Assembly: GCA_963771175.1 (NCBI GenBank)
Contig: CAVYSY010000039.1
Location: 1-64,000 of the forward strand
Direction of reading: 5' to 3'
Length of the DNA stretch: 64,000 bases
Origin: an uncultured delta proteobacterium
Lineage (GTDB): Bacteria > Myxococcota > Myxococcia > Myxococcales > Myxococcaceae
Position numbers and translations under genes: made by a program. Each line of letters begins with the position of its first letter. The first letter of the stretch is position 1. Shown here in pieces: positions 20,901 to 31,400 of the stretch. Under the pieces are notes generated by a model. The model saw only the letters and a program-made list of their open reading frames with translations, did no database searches and was not told the DNA's origin.

Positions 20901-21277
20901 CCCACGTGGACGGTGTGGTCGATCGCGGGGACGAAGACCCACGTCTCCTCCGCCAGGGGCACGACGACGGCGGTCATCTCCACGGTGGTGGGCTTGACGA
21001 GGCGCTTGGGCAGATCGGCGCGCGGCGCGAGGATCTCCAGCGTCTCCAACCGGACCTGCTCCGGCAGGGAGAAGCGGGCGAGGACCTCGGGCTCCGCCTT
21101 GGAGAGGTACTCCTCGAGGAACAGGCGCTGCTCGGCGAGGCAGGCCTCCCGGGTGGCCGCGTGGCTCGTCAGGGCCGGCGCGGCCACGGGAAACGCCTGG
21201 TGGTCCCCGCTCCAGAGCTGGAGACAGAGGAGTGGCGTGGAGAACTCGAGGATCCCTGGCGCGTGGGTGGGGGCCAT
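17927..21277 (-). CDS. ClpA/B-like double-AAA+ protein #1 with C-terminal release-factor-like domain
   Basis: 1116 aa. D1 SPELAGKT, D2 GPTGVGKT/DEIEKAH/RPEFINRID. C-terminus has RRGWSI...EVLLSVAGLNAGAFLALEAGLHRY. Confidence 0.85.
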   Translation of the reverse strand: MAPTHAPGILEFSTPLLCLQLWSGDHQAFPVAAPALTSHAATREACLAEQRLFLEEYLSKAEPEVLARFSLPEQVRLETLEILAPRADLPKRLVKPTTVEMTAVVVPLAEETWVFVPAIDHTVHVGRNQDVREIVRADVERMLAAREPTAHEYLRLLPPRSVTLETVPLQLRRQDVFSEKARQAKKKQQEKLKRDQAHEVLLTVSTQLHEREEARHGPPLVGRDTELALLSSLLGGEKRQGVLLVSPELAGKTELLHAWLRAERKAGRQRRVYATSGSRLLAGMSGFGQWQERVLRVMRAAQDLDAVLYFENLGELLAQHSSESIDIPGAMKPFLEEGKVRFLGELTPDSLDLLESRQPGLFATLSCVRLEPLGAKHTREALRARAAWQRKADASRPTLADAAVEPLVELAERYLPGRALPGKAVRLYEEMRAGLQQERTASGQVPELTRERVYSLFSLKTGVPEFLLREDRALLAPELEAWFRRQLIGQETAVRRVVETLCMVKAGLQPQGKPLATFLFVGPTGVGKTELARLLATFLFGSAERMFRFDMSEYMDAWAADRLIRGNTQGEGHLTRRVRQQPFCVLLLDEIEKAHPAVFDLLLQVCGEGRLTDARGQTAWFHNAIIIMTSNLGAAHRRNTLGIGATAVDDSSYYLREVHRSFRPEFINRIDQLIPFHPLTSEQAAEVARLGVDKLRLRRGLLQRGISLHVPPEITTTLATSGYQEAYGARAMRRHLDQQLVVPIARALSSSGPDAQGGRVVIAPRPEGIAVELHKGSPRSARNQLGLVRELQAERRAMDSLFQLDAVEQLKEELGFLVAQLSQGDREEKRGPEASSVAKLQESHHRLNGIWTQAQRLRAALVAAEELALMALFEQQDAGPFVEDAREQLRGLRQLMPSMLLALLPRRDAITLILQESKDGRALERYLLPLLADAPRRGWSIGGRPSVTSKSSDRKRKWGAVLNAEELRKALVEPSRAFREVLLSVAGLNAGAFLALEAGLHRYPPLEKDEPVLLTVLPVAMRTHLYEKELELPAIAPPAPQVPHELRLVPPVREHLPDDVLSLFEGDRKLTLATPDYFRNLERVLLEHLSVLELLDGLDREGTFSFALDKLQGVKR

Positions 21278-21372
21278 TCACCCGGCATCCTATGCCGCCG
21301 TACCTGAAGAGTGGACAGGGCATCGATCGCACGCGTGATGAGGTACGCTGGCCGCAGGAGGCGTACCTCATC

Positions 21373-22434
21373 ATGCCGCACGAGAACCCGAGCATCTTCC
21401 AGTCCGCGATCGACCGGCGCCTGCGTGACGCACTGCTCGCCGACAGGAATGCCCAGCGAATCGGCACCCTCGCGAGGCGGAGGCGACTGCTGACGGACGC
21501 GCTCCGGCTGACGCGCTCGGTGGCTCCGGCGGTCGTGGATGCGCTGGCCGCCTGTCGGGAGACCCTGGGCCACGAGGGTCCCGTGGAGCTGTTCGTCCAG
21601 CCGGATCCGAGGTTCCACGCCGCGGCGGTACGGGCCCCCGGAGAACCTCCCGCCATCGTCCTCGCCTCCCGGCTCATCGAGACGCTCACCGAGGCCGAGC
21701 TGCGCTTCGTCATCGGCCACGAGCTCGGCCATATCCTCGAGCACCTCGCCCTCCCCCTTCCGGTCGGCGTCGAGGACCTGGAGGCAAGGCCCCTCCCGCG
21801 CGCCACCGTTCTCGCGATGGATGCCTGGAACCGGGCGGCGGAGGTCAGCGCCGATCGGGCGGGGCTGCTGTGCGCCAAGGATACCGAGGCCGCCGTGAGT
21901 GCCTCGTTCAAGCGGGCCAGCGGCTTGTCCTCCGCGTCCGTGAAGTCCGAGCTGGCCGCCTACACGCGCCAGGTGGACGCGCTGCTGTCCTCGCCCGCGG
22001 CCCGAGAGAAGCCGCGCGAGGACGATGACACGCTCGGCTGCTTCATCACCCACGCCTTCAGCCCCCTGCGCATGCGTGCCCTCGTGGCGTTCTCCCGGTC
22101 GAGGACCTTCCTCCGGGTGGCGGGGCACTACGCCAGCGAGGAGGGCCGTCCGGAAGAAGAGATCGACGCGCTCATCGCGCGGGACTTCCGGGAGTTGGAG
22201 CCCTCGGGTCTGGCGGAGAAGCTCCCGTCGGGAGACATGCTCGCCCGGCTGTGTCAGGAGACGTCCCTCTCGGAGCGGGCCCGGTTGGTGCGGCACCTCA
22301 CCCTGGTGGCGGCCGCGGAAGGCCCGGTGAGCGACGCGTGGTTCCTGGAGTTGCGACAGGTGGCCGAGGCGCTCGCCATCCCCCTGTGGCTCATTGACGA
22401 GGCGCTTCGCGGCGCCACCTACCCGATGGATTGA
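21373..22434 (+). CDS. M48-family zinc metallopeptidase with C-terminal TerB-like region
   Basis: AGGAGG RBS before the ATG at 21373. ELRFVIGHELGH, RAAEVSADRAG and THAFSPLR motifs. C-terminal LVAAAEGPVSDA...LRQVAEALAI is TerB-like. Confidence 0.75.
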   Translation: MPHENPSIFQSAIDRRLRDALLADRNAQRIGTLARRRRLLTDALRLTRSVAPAVVDALAACRETLGHEGPVELFVQPDPRFHAAAVRAPGEPPAIVLASRLIETLTEAELRFVIGHELGHILEHLALPLPVGVEDLEARPLPRATVLAMDAWNRAAEVSADRAGLLCAKDTEAAVSASFKRASGLSSASVKSELAAYTRQVDALLSSPAAREKPREDDDTLGCFITHAFSPLRMRALVAFSRSRTFLRVAGHYASEEGRPEEEIDALIARDFRELEPSGLAEKLPSGDMLARLCQETSLSERARLVRHLTLVAAAEGPVSDAWFLELRQVAEALAIPLWLIDEALRGATYPMD

Positions 22435-25400
22435 TGATGCCTTCCCAGAGCGGTCCGATCGCGATCGTCGCCTCCGCGTGCCGATTGCCGGATGCCGCCA
22501 CGCCCGAAGCCTTCTGGAACAATCTGATCGCGGAGCGCATCTCGATGCGCTCGCCCCCCGAGGGCCGCTGGCCGGATCACCCGGACGCACGGGTCGGGTC
22601 GTTTCTCGATGATGTGCGTGGGTTCGACGCGGCGTTCTTCGGAATGAAGGGCGGCGAGGCCGAGTTCACGGACCCACAGCAGCGGCTGCTCCTGGAGACC
22701 GCGCATGAGGCGCTGGAGCGCGCCGGGTTCGCGGGCCCCCGCCGGCGCAACCGGCGCACCGGTGTCTTCGTGGGCGTCGGTCAGTCTGATTACCAGGAGG
22801 GGATCCTCCGGCTCCTATGGGCGGGCGTGCCCGTGCACCCCAGCGCGGCGGTGGGGAACCTGCGGAACCTCATCCCCTCCCGCGTCTCGCACGTCCTGGA
22901 CCTGTCCGGCCCCTCGCTGGCCATCGACACCGCGTGCTCGTCATCGCTGGTCGCCCTGCACCTCGCCTGTGAAAGCTTGAACCGCGGCGAGTGCGAGCTC
23001 GCGCTGGCCGGGGGCATCACGCTGAACCTCACCCCCACCGTGTTCACCGTCCTCTCGCGCGCCGGGGCGCTGTCCCCCTCCGGCAGCATCCGCCCGTTCG
23101 CTCGGGATGCGGACGGCATCGTGCTCGGAGAAGGTCTGGGTGTGGTCGTCCTGGAGCGGCTCGATGACGCGCTCCGGCGGCACGCTCCCATCCTGGCGGT
23201 GGTGCGCGGAAGCGCGCTCAACAATGACGGTCGCACCTTCAACCCGATGGCTCCCAATCCCGCCCGGCAGATCGCGGTGATGCGGGAGGCGTGGCAACGG
23301 GCCGGGCTCGACCCGGCGAGCGCGAGCTACCTCGAGGCGCACGGAACCGGCACCCGTGTCGGGGACTCGATCGAGGCGCGCTCGGTGTCGGCGGTCTTCG
23401 GAAGGCCGGGCACGAACGAGCCGCTCGGGATGGGCTCGGTGAAGGGCAACGTCGGGCATCTCCTGAGCGCCGCCGGAATGGCCAGCCTGCTCAAGGTCGT
23501 GTCCGCGCTCCAGCACCGCACGCTCCCGGCCTCGGTGCATGCCGGCTCGGCGGCGCCGGAGCACGGACTCACATCGGCCGGCATCGCCCTGGTGGACTCG
23601 CCGCGTCCGTGGAGCGGGCCGGAGCCCCTGCGCGCCGGCATCAACGGCTTCGGGTTTGGCGGAACCAACGCCCACGTCATCCTGGAAGAGCCACCCGAGC
23701 GCCCTCCCCGCCCGCGCTCCCCCGGCACGCGCCCCCTGCTGTGGATGGTGTCCGCTCGGACCGACACGGCGCTCCGAACCACCGCGCGGAACCTCGCGTC
23801 CTGGCTCCGGGAGAATCCGGAGGTGGATCTCTCGGACGCCGCCCTGTCCGCGAGTGTCTCGCGAGATCCGGGCCCCCATCGGCTCGCACTCGTCGGGGCG
23901 GAACGGGTTCCGGAACGGCTCGAGACCTGGGCGGCTGGAACACCCGCCGAGGTCCTCCACGGCGTGGTCCCCGACCGCGTGGCGAGGAGGAAGGCGCGCA
24001 ACGGAGCCTCGTTGGAGGGGGCCTCGGCGGAGGTCGCCGCGAGCGCGTTCGTCGAAGGAGAGGCGTTCGACCGGCTCGCGTGGGACGAGGAGCCGGACCG
24101 CGAGCACGTGCCGGTGCCCACCTACCCCTTCGAGCATCGGCCGTGGTGGGTGCCCGATGCGCCCCCGGCCACGGCCTCGGCGTCGCGGCGGATCGAACAT
24201 CCGCTTCTGGTGGACGAGCTCGAGCTCACGATGGACCGGGCGGTGCTCCTCGCGCGCATCGTGCCCGACGACCCGCTCGTCTCCGAACACGTCGTACATG
24301 GAGTGCACCTCCTCCCGGGCGCCGCGTGCATCGAACTGATGCGTGCGGCGGCACGGCACGCACTGGGCACGGAGCCCGCGGGCCTCGCGGAGGTCACGTT
24401 CGCGCGGCCCGTCCGGGTGGACGACGAGGCCTGTACGGTGCGCGTCGGGGTCGAGCGTCGGGGTGATGACCTCGAGGTCTCCTTGTCGGACGAGGACGGC
24501 GGTGTGCTCGCTCGGGCGAAGGTGCTCCGCACGAAGCGGGCGCCGGCAACGGCACCGGGGAGCGATGAGCCTCGCACGCGTGGGTTCGAGCCCTCCGCCC
24601 TATACGAGGGACTCCGCGAGCGAGGGATGGACCACGGGGCTTCACTGCGCGCCGTCCGGGCCATCGAGCTGGGCGAGCGGACCGCGCGCGCGGAGCTCTC
24701 CCTGCCAGAAGAGGCACGGGGTCGAGCGTTCGGCGTGCATCCCGCGCTGCTCGATTCCGCCATGCAGCCGATCGCGGCACTCCTGCTGGCCCACACCCGT
24801 GAGCGGGAGGGCCTGTACGTGCCGATGCATGTGGAGCAGGTCGAGCTGCTCGGCCCCATCCCCGACCGCTGCGCGGCGCTGGTGACGCTGAACGGAGATC
24901 CGCGGGCACCGGGCGATGTCGTGCAGTGCGAGGTGGAGATTCGCGTCGGGAACGAACCGAGGCTGCGCCTTCGCGGGCTGCGCCTTCGCCGCGTCACGGC
25001 CGAGGCACTCCAGGGCACCGAGCGCGATGTCCGGGCCTGGATGCGCGAGGTGGTCTGGCGGGAGGCTCCCCCGGAGCAGTCCCAGCCTCCCCGGGGACGT
25101 TGGGTCGTCGTGCCCGCGGCACATCCGGCGAGCCCCCAGGTCGCCCGCCGCCTGCGCGACGCGGGAGCGACATGTGAGCGCGTGGACCCGTCGGAGCTGA
25201 AGGCGGCGCTCGCCCGGGGTGAGACCGAAGGGGTCGTGTTCCTCGGCCCGACGGGGAAAGCGACCCAGCCCCCGGATGTGGCCTCGTTCGATCAGGCCCA
25301 GCGGGACGGAGCCCTGGCGCTGCTCGCGGTCGCCAGAACCTGTGATGCGCTCGACCGGGATCGACGTCCCGCGCGCCTGCTCGTGGTGACCGCCGGCGCG

Positions 25401-28400
25401 ACGGATGGCCGTGCTCCCGAGCGCGCGACGGTGGTGGGGCTGGGGCACGCGTTGGAGGACGAGCTTCCCGGAAGCCGGTGCCGTGTCGTGGATGTCGATG
25501 TCACCGCATCCGAGGAGTCCCTCGCGGACGTGGTGCTGACCGAGTCCTCGTGCGTGGCGCCGGAGTCGGACCGGGTCATCCGGTGGAGGCAGGGGCTCCG
25601 CGAGCGCCGGACGGTCGAGCCCATCGCGCATGCCGGGGAGCGAGCGCACGAACCGCGCGAGAATGGCGTGTATCTCGTCACGGGAGGAGCCGAGGGGCTC
25701 GGCCACGCGGTGGCACAGCGGCTCGCCCGGGCGGGTCGCACGCTCGTCCTGGTGGGTAGGAAGCCGCTGGAGCAGGCACCGGAACGGGCCGCGCGCATCG
25801 AAGCGCTGCGTGCGAGCGGCGCGGCAGTCACGTACATCGCCTGCGACGTCGCCGATCCGGATGGGGTCGCGGGGCTCATCGCGCGGATCGTGCTCGACCA
25901 CGGTGCGCTCCATGGAGTGGTGCACGCGGCCGGCGTGGCTTCGCCGGGTCGCATCGGAGGGCGGGAGGACGCGGCGTTCGCGCGGGTGCTCGGGCCCAAG
26001 GTGCGGGGCACGTGGCTCCTCTGGCGGGAGCTCGAGCGCAGGCGCATCCGGCCCGACTTCTTCGCGCTCTTCTCGTCCATGTCGGCGAGCTGGCCGGGGC
26101 TGGGCGGAGGACTGGGAGACTACGTCGCCGCGAACGCGTACCTGGATGCCTTCGCCCTGGCGCGTCGGGCGGAAGACCTGCCGTTCACGTCCGTGGCGTG
26201 GTCCGTGTGGAGCGAGACTGGCATGGGGGCCGAACCCACGCTGGTCCGCGCCATGGAAGCGCGCGGGCTTCCGGCGATCCCCACGCGACAGGGCGTGGAC
26301 GCGTTCCTCCGCGTGCTCGAGCTCGGCCGTGCGCACGTGGTGGTCGCGCCCGTGGGGCCTCGCGCGGCCACGTCCGTTGCAACCACCACCGTGTCGCGGC
26401 CACCTCCGGCCATGACGTCCGTGGTGGAGGAACTGCGTGCGCTCGTGGCGAAGGCGCTCGACGTGGACCCGGGCGAGGTCGCGACGGATCGCTCGTTCCT
26501 GGCCATGGGGCTGGACTCACTGAACGCGCTGGATCTGGCCAAGGGCCTCTCGGACCGCTACCGCGTCGAGCTCCCGCCCACCCTGTTCTTCGAGCAGCCC
26601 ACGATCGACGCACTCGCGGAGTATCTCCGGAAGGCGAAGGGAGATGCGGCCCCTCCCTCCACTCCGGCGCACGTCGCCGCGACCGAAGCTCCGCTCTCGC
26701 CCGTGCAGAAGGCGTTCTGGGTCCAGCAGCGGCTGCATCCGGATGTTCCCGTGTTCTCGTTCGTCCGGCAGACGGTTCGAGGGCGGCTCTCGGTGGACGC
26801 ACTCCGGAAGGCGGCGGGCGCGGTGGCGCGACGCCATCCCCTGCTCCGCGCCTCGGTGGCGGTCACGACCCAGGGCGAGCCGGTGCAACGGATCTCCGAG
26901 GCCGTGGAGGCCCGGATCATCGACCACGGTGAAGTCGTGGACGTGGAAGCCCTCGCCGATGGCATCGTCAACACGCCATTCGAGCTCTCCCGTCCGCCCC
27001 TGTGGCGCGTGGACGTGGCCCGCGACGCGGCGGCGGATGCGACACACGTGCTCCTGTGCGCGCACCACCTGATCGCGGACGCCTGGAGCCTGCAGGTGCT
27101 CGCCACCGATCTCTGGCGGGCGTACGCGGCCGCCGCTTCGGGCCACGCGCTTCCCGACTGGCCGGAGGCCCCCGGCTTCTTCGACGCGCTCGACGTCCGT
27201 CGGCCGAGGCTCGATGCGGATCTCGCGTGGTGGCGTGAGCGCCTCGCGGAGGCACCCGCCCTGCGCCTGCCGTTCGACGGGGATCCGCTCGCGCCACCCG
27301 AGCCGCCAATCTTGTCCGTCCTCCGCCGGCTGGGTCCGGAGCAGACGCGGGCCTTCGTGGCTACAGCCGCCGCGGCGGACGTCTCCGTGTTCCACCTGTC
27401 GCTGGCCGTTCACGCCCGGTGCCTCGCGCGGTGGTCCGGTGCGGACGAGGTCATCGTGAACGTGGCCCGGGCCCGCCGTGAGCTGCGCGTTCCGGGAATC
27501 GAGCAGGTGGTGGGCTGCTTCGCGGACACGCTGCCGCTGCGCATCCGGCTGGAGCCCGGGGAGTCGCTGGCCCTGCTCGCGAAGCGCGCACGCGACGCAC
27601 TCCTGGAGCTGGAGCGGCACGCCTCGCCGACCTCGATCGAGATCGCACGGGTGCTGCCCGGGGACGTGGGCTCACCTCGGGTCGCGAGCGCCACGAGCTA
27701 CAGCTACGCGCGCTTCCCGCTCTCCCTCCCGCCCGAGCTCCCCGAGCTGCTCGCCCTCGCGGGCCGGACGGCGACTCCCGCCACCCGGCTCGGACTGGCG
27801 GTGTGGGAGTTCCAAGGGGCGCTGTGCTTCGCATGGAGCTTCCCAGAGCGCGTCCTTCGGAAGGACACCGTCGAGAGGTTCGCGGACGAGCACCTGCGCG
27901 CCCATGTCGATGCCGGCTCCACCGCACAGGCCCCGTCGGTCCCCGAGCGGATCTTCACTCGCCTCCAGGAGACACCGGAGCGCGTGGCGCTGCGGGAAGG
28001 CGATCGGAGCCTCACGCGCGGCGAGCTGGACCAACGATCCGCCCGTGTGGCCGCTGCGCTCGCCGAGCGCGGTATCGGCCCCGGATCGGTGGTGGCCCTC
28101 CTGTCGGACCAGAACGCGGAGGGCATCACCGGGCTGCTCGGCATCCTGAGGACGGGGGCGGCCTGGCTGCCGCTCGATCCGGAACACCCACCGGCGCGGC
28201 TTCTCCTGCAGCTCGAGCGTGCCGGTGCCCGGGTCTGCCTCTACGCGGGAGGTGCCGCGAGCACCGCGGCCGGGCTGACCGGGACGGTCACGACGCTCGC
28301 GATCGAGCAACAGGTGGAGCCCGGAGCAATCGCTCCACCGGTGCGAGTCGGAGACGAGGCCCTCGCGTACATCATCTTCACCTCCGGTTCCACGGGTCGG

Positions 28401-31400
28401 CCGAAGGGTGTCCCCATCACTCACGGGTCCATGCGTGGCTACCTGGAGTGGGCGCTGGAGGCGTTCGGGTACGGCGCGGAGGACGTCCTGCTCGGGACCT
28501 CGTCGTTGTGCTTCGATGCCTCGGTTCGGCAGGTGCTCGCGCCCCTTGTGGCGGGGGCCACGCTCGTCTGTTGTCCCCGCACGCTGGCGAGGGATCCGGA
28601 GCGGCTCCTGGAAACCGTGGACCGCGAGCGCGCCACCGTCCTGAGCACCGTGCCCTCGCTGCTGGCGCGGCTGCTCCGGTACGACCTCCGGCCGCTCGAA
28701 AGGCTCCGCTGGTTGAAGGTCGGCGGCGAGGCGCTCCCGCCTGGGCTCATCCGCACGCTGCACGATCGACTCGGCCGAGCACCGCCCGTGGTGAACCTGT
28801 ACGGGCCGACCGAGACCACCATCAACGCCACCTGGCACGTGGTGGCGAGCCGCCCGCCGGAAGACGTCGAGCGGATTCCCATTGGGCGCCCCATCGGCGG
28901 TGCGACGGTGCACGTCCTGGCGGAGGATGGAACGCCGTGCGCTCCGGGAGTGCCCGGGGAGCTGCACGTGGGAGGACGCGGGCTGTCCTCGGGATACCTC
29001 GGGGAGCCGGAGCTGACGCGCCGAGTGTTCATCCAGGGCGCCGGGGGCGGGAGGCTGTATCGGACCGGCGATCGCGTGGTCCTGCGCGAGGATGGGACGA
29101 TCGACTTCCTCGGGCGGGTGGATGACCAGCTCAAGGTCCACGGCCATCGCATCGAGCCCGGGGAGATCGAAGCCGTGCTCGCGCGCCACCCGGCGGTCGC
29201 GTTGGCGGTGGTCCGGGCCGTCGGGGACGCCTCCGAGCGGCGCCTCGAAGCGTGGATCCAGTTCCGGGACGCGCCGCCCACGGAGGATGCGCTCCGTGAC
29301 GTCCTCCGCGAGCACCTTCCCGAGGCGATGTGGCCGAAGCACTTCCACATGCTCGACGCGCTCCCGACGACGGTCACCGGGAAGGTGGATCGCGCGGCAC
29401 TCGAGGCCCTCTCCGGCGCCGCGCCAGCGCGGACCGTCCGTGGAGGCCCACCGCGAACGGCCACCGAGCAGCGTATCGCGGAGGCCTTCGCGCGCGTGCT
29501 GTCCCGGGCCGAGGTCGGCCGAGACGACGACTTCTTCGAGCTCGGCGGCGACTCGATGGCCATCCTGGAGGTGTTCACCCGGCTCCAGGCCATGAACCTC
29601 CGGCTGCCGCGCCCCGCCACGCTCTACACGGCGCGGACGGTTCGCGCGCTCGCGGAGGCCATCGACGCGCATGCCGCCCGACGCGAGCCGGAGTCCGTCG
29701 CCACACAGACGGCGGATGCGGAGGGGACCTGGTTCCCGCTGTCTCCCGCCCAGCGAGGGTTCCTCGTGGCGCGAGCGGGCGATCCAGACGGGTCGGTCCG
29801 CTGGTCAGCGAGGCTGCTGTTGGAGGGGGACCTGGATCCCACCCTCTTCCGCGAGGTGCTCGGTCGGCTCGTGGGGCGCCACCCGATGCTGCGGACGGTG
29901 GTGGATATGAGCCGGCGTCCTCCCGCCCAGCGCGTCCTGGGACCGGGGGAGCCTCCACTGACCTTCGTGGATCCCTGCGCGCCCGATGAGCTCGACCGGC
30001 TCTTCGCGGAGGCTCGGCGCCGGAACTTCGACCCCGAGAAGGCGCCGCCCATCGAGCTGCACCTGTGCCGCGTCGCTCCGGACAGGCACGTCCTCATCGT
30101 CGCAGCGGACCACATCATCGGAGACGCGCTGAGCGGGTGGATGCTCGTCCGGGAGCTCCTCCAGGCGTATGACGCGCTCGCGCGAGGAGCGGCTCCGTCG
30201 CTCCCACCGCTCCGCTCGACCTTCCGCGACTACGTCACATACCTGGAGGACCGGGCCGCGGCCCGGGATGACGCGACGTTCTGGAGCCGGACCTTCGCCG
30301 AGCCCTACGTGCCGCCGCGCACCTGGTACAGACCCGAGGGAACCACCCCTGCCCGCGACGAGGTGACGCTCTCGGCCGAGCGCGTGGAAGCCCTCCGAGC
30401 CTCGGCCGCGCGCCGAGGTGGAACGCTGTTCGAGCTGGTGCTCGCCGCATGGACGTTCGCGTTGCGCCGCCTGACGGGGCAGGACGAGCTCGTCATCGGC
30501 ACGGCCTTGTCGGGCCGGGACGCGCCGTTGCCCGACGTACACCGCGTCTTCGGTCCGTTCGCGACCGCGGTCCCGTTGCGGCTGCGGTGCGCGGAGTCAA
30601 CACCCCTCGAGGTCCTGGAGGCCGTCCGAGGCGTGGTCGCGGACGCACGCGCGCACGCGCTCACTCCGGGAGAGATTGCCCGAGCGGTTCCCGGAGGTCT
30701 CCCGATCGAGGTCGCCGCGGGCACGCAGTTCTTCTTCACGTTCATGGACTTCGAGGCATTCGGTTCCCTGGAGAGCGAGCGCCTGCGCGTCCACTGGGAG
30801 GACTCCGGCACCGAGGGACACGTGCCACGCGGAGTGGATCTGCAGCTCGCCGCGCGTCGCCTGGGAGGGGCGCTGCGACTCTCCTTCCACGCGGCCCCGA
30901 CAGCGCTGGGGTCCCGAGGGCTGGAGCGGGTTCGCGCGGACGTCCTCGACGCCCTGGATGCCTTCGCCGGAGAGCCAGGGGCGGAGAGCCGCTCTCCCGG
31001 GCGTCCGGAGGTGCGTTTTGGACCCATCGACGTGGGCGCGTTGGATGCCGCGCTGGTGGGTTATCTGCCCGCGCCCGAGGAGGCGGCCAGGGCCGTGGGC
31101 CTCGCGTCCGTTCCCGGGCTCCGCGAGGTGCTCCGGAACCAGCTCTTCCCGAACGGTAGCCCTCGCTGGCTCGAGCGCATCGAGACACCGCTCGGCGCGT
31201 CGGGACTCCTGTGCCTGCCGCTGTTCGCGGACGAGCTGGGGGCCTCGACACCGGAGGCACTCGCCGAGCGAGTCACGGAAGCGGTGCTGCTGGCGCGCCG
31301 GGCGGGAGTCCGCGCGTTCTCCCTCGCGGGGATGCTCCCCGCGTACACCGGTTTCGGTCGCGAGGTGCTGCACCGGCTCGCCCAGCAGGACGGAGCGCCC

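Noticed and set aside
12171..21277. Calling the AAA+ genes clpA, clpB, clpC or clpV (T6SS)
   Set aside because: No Clp-N repeats, M-domain or GYVG loop, a degenerate D1, and no T6SS genes in the window.
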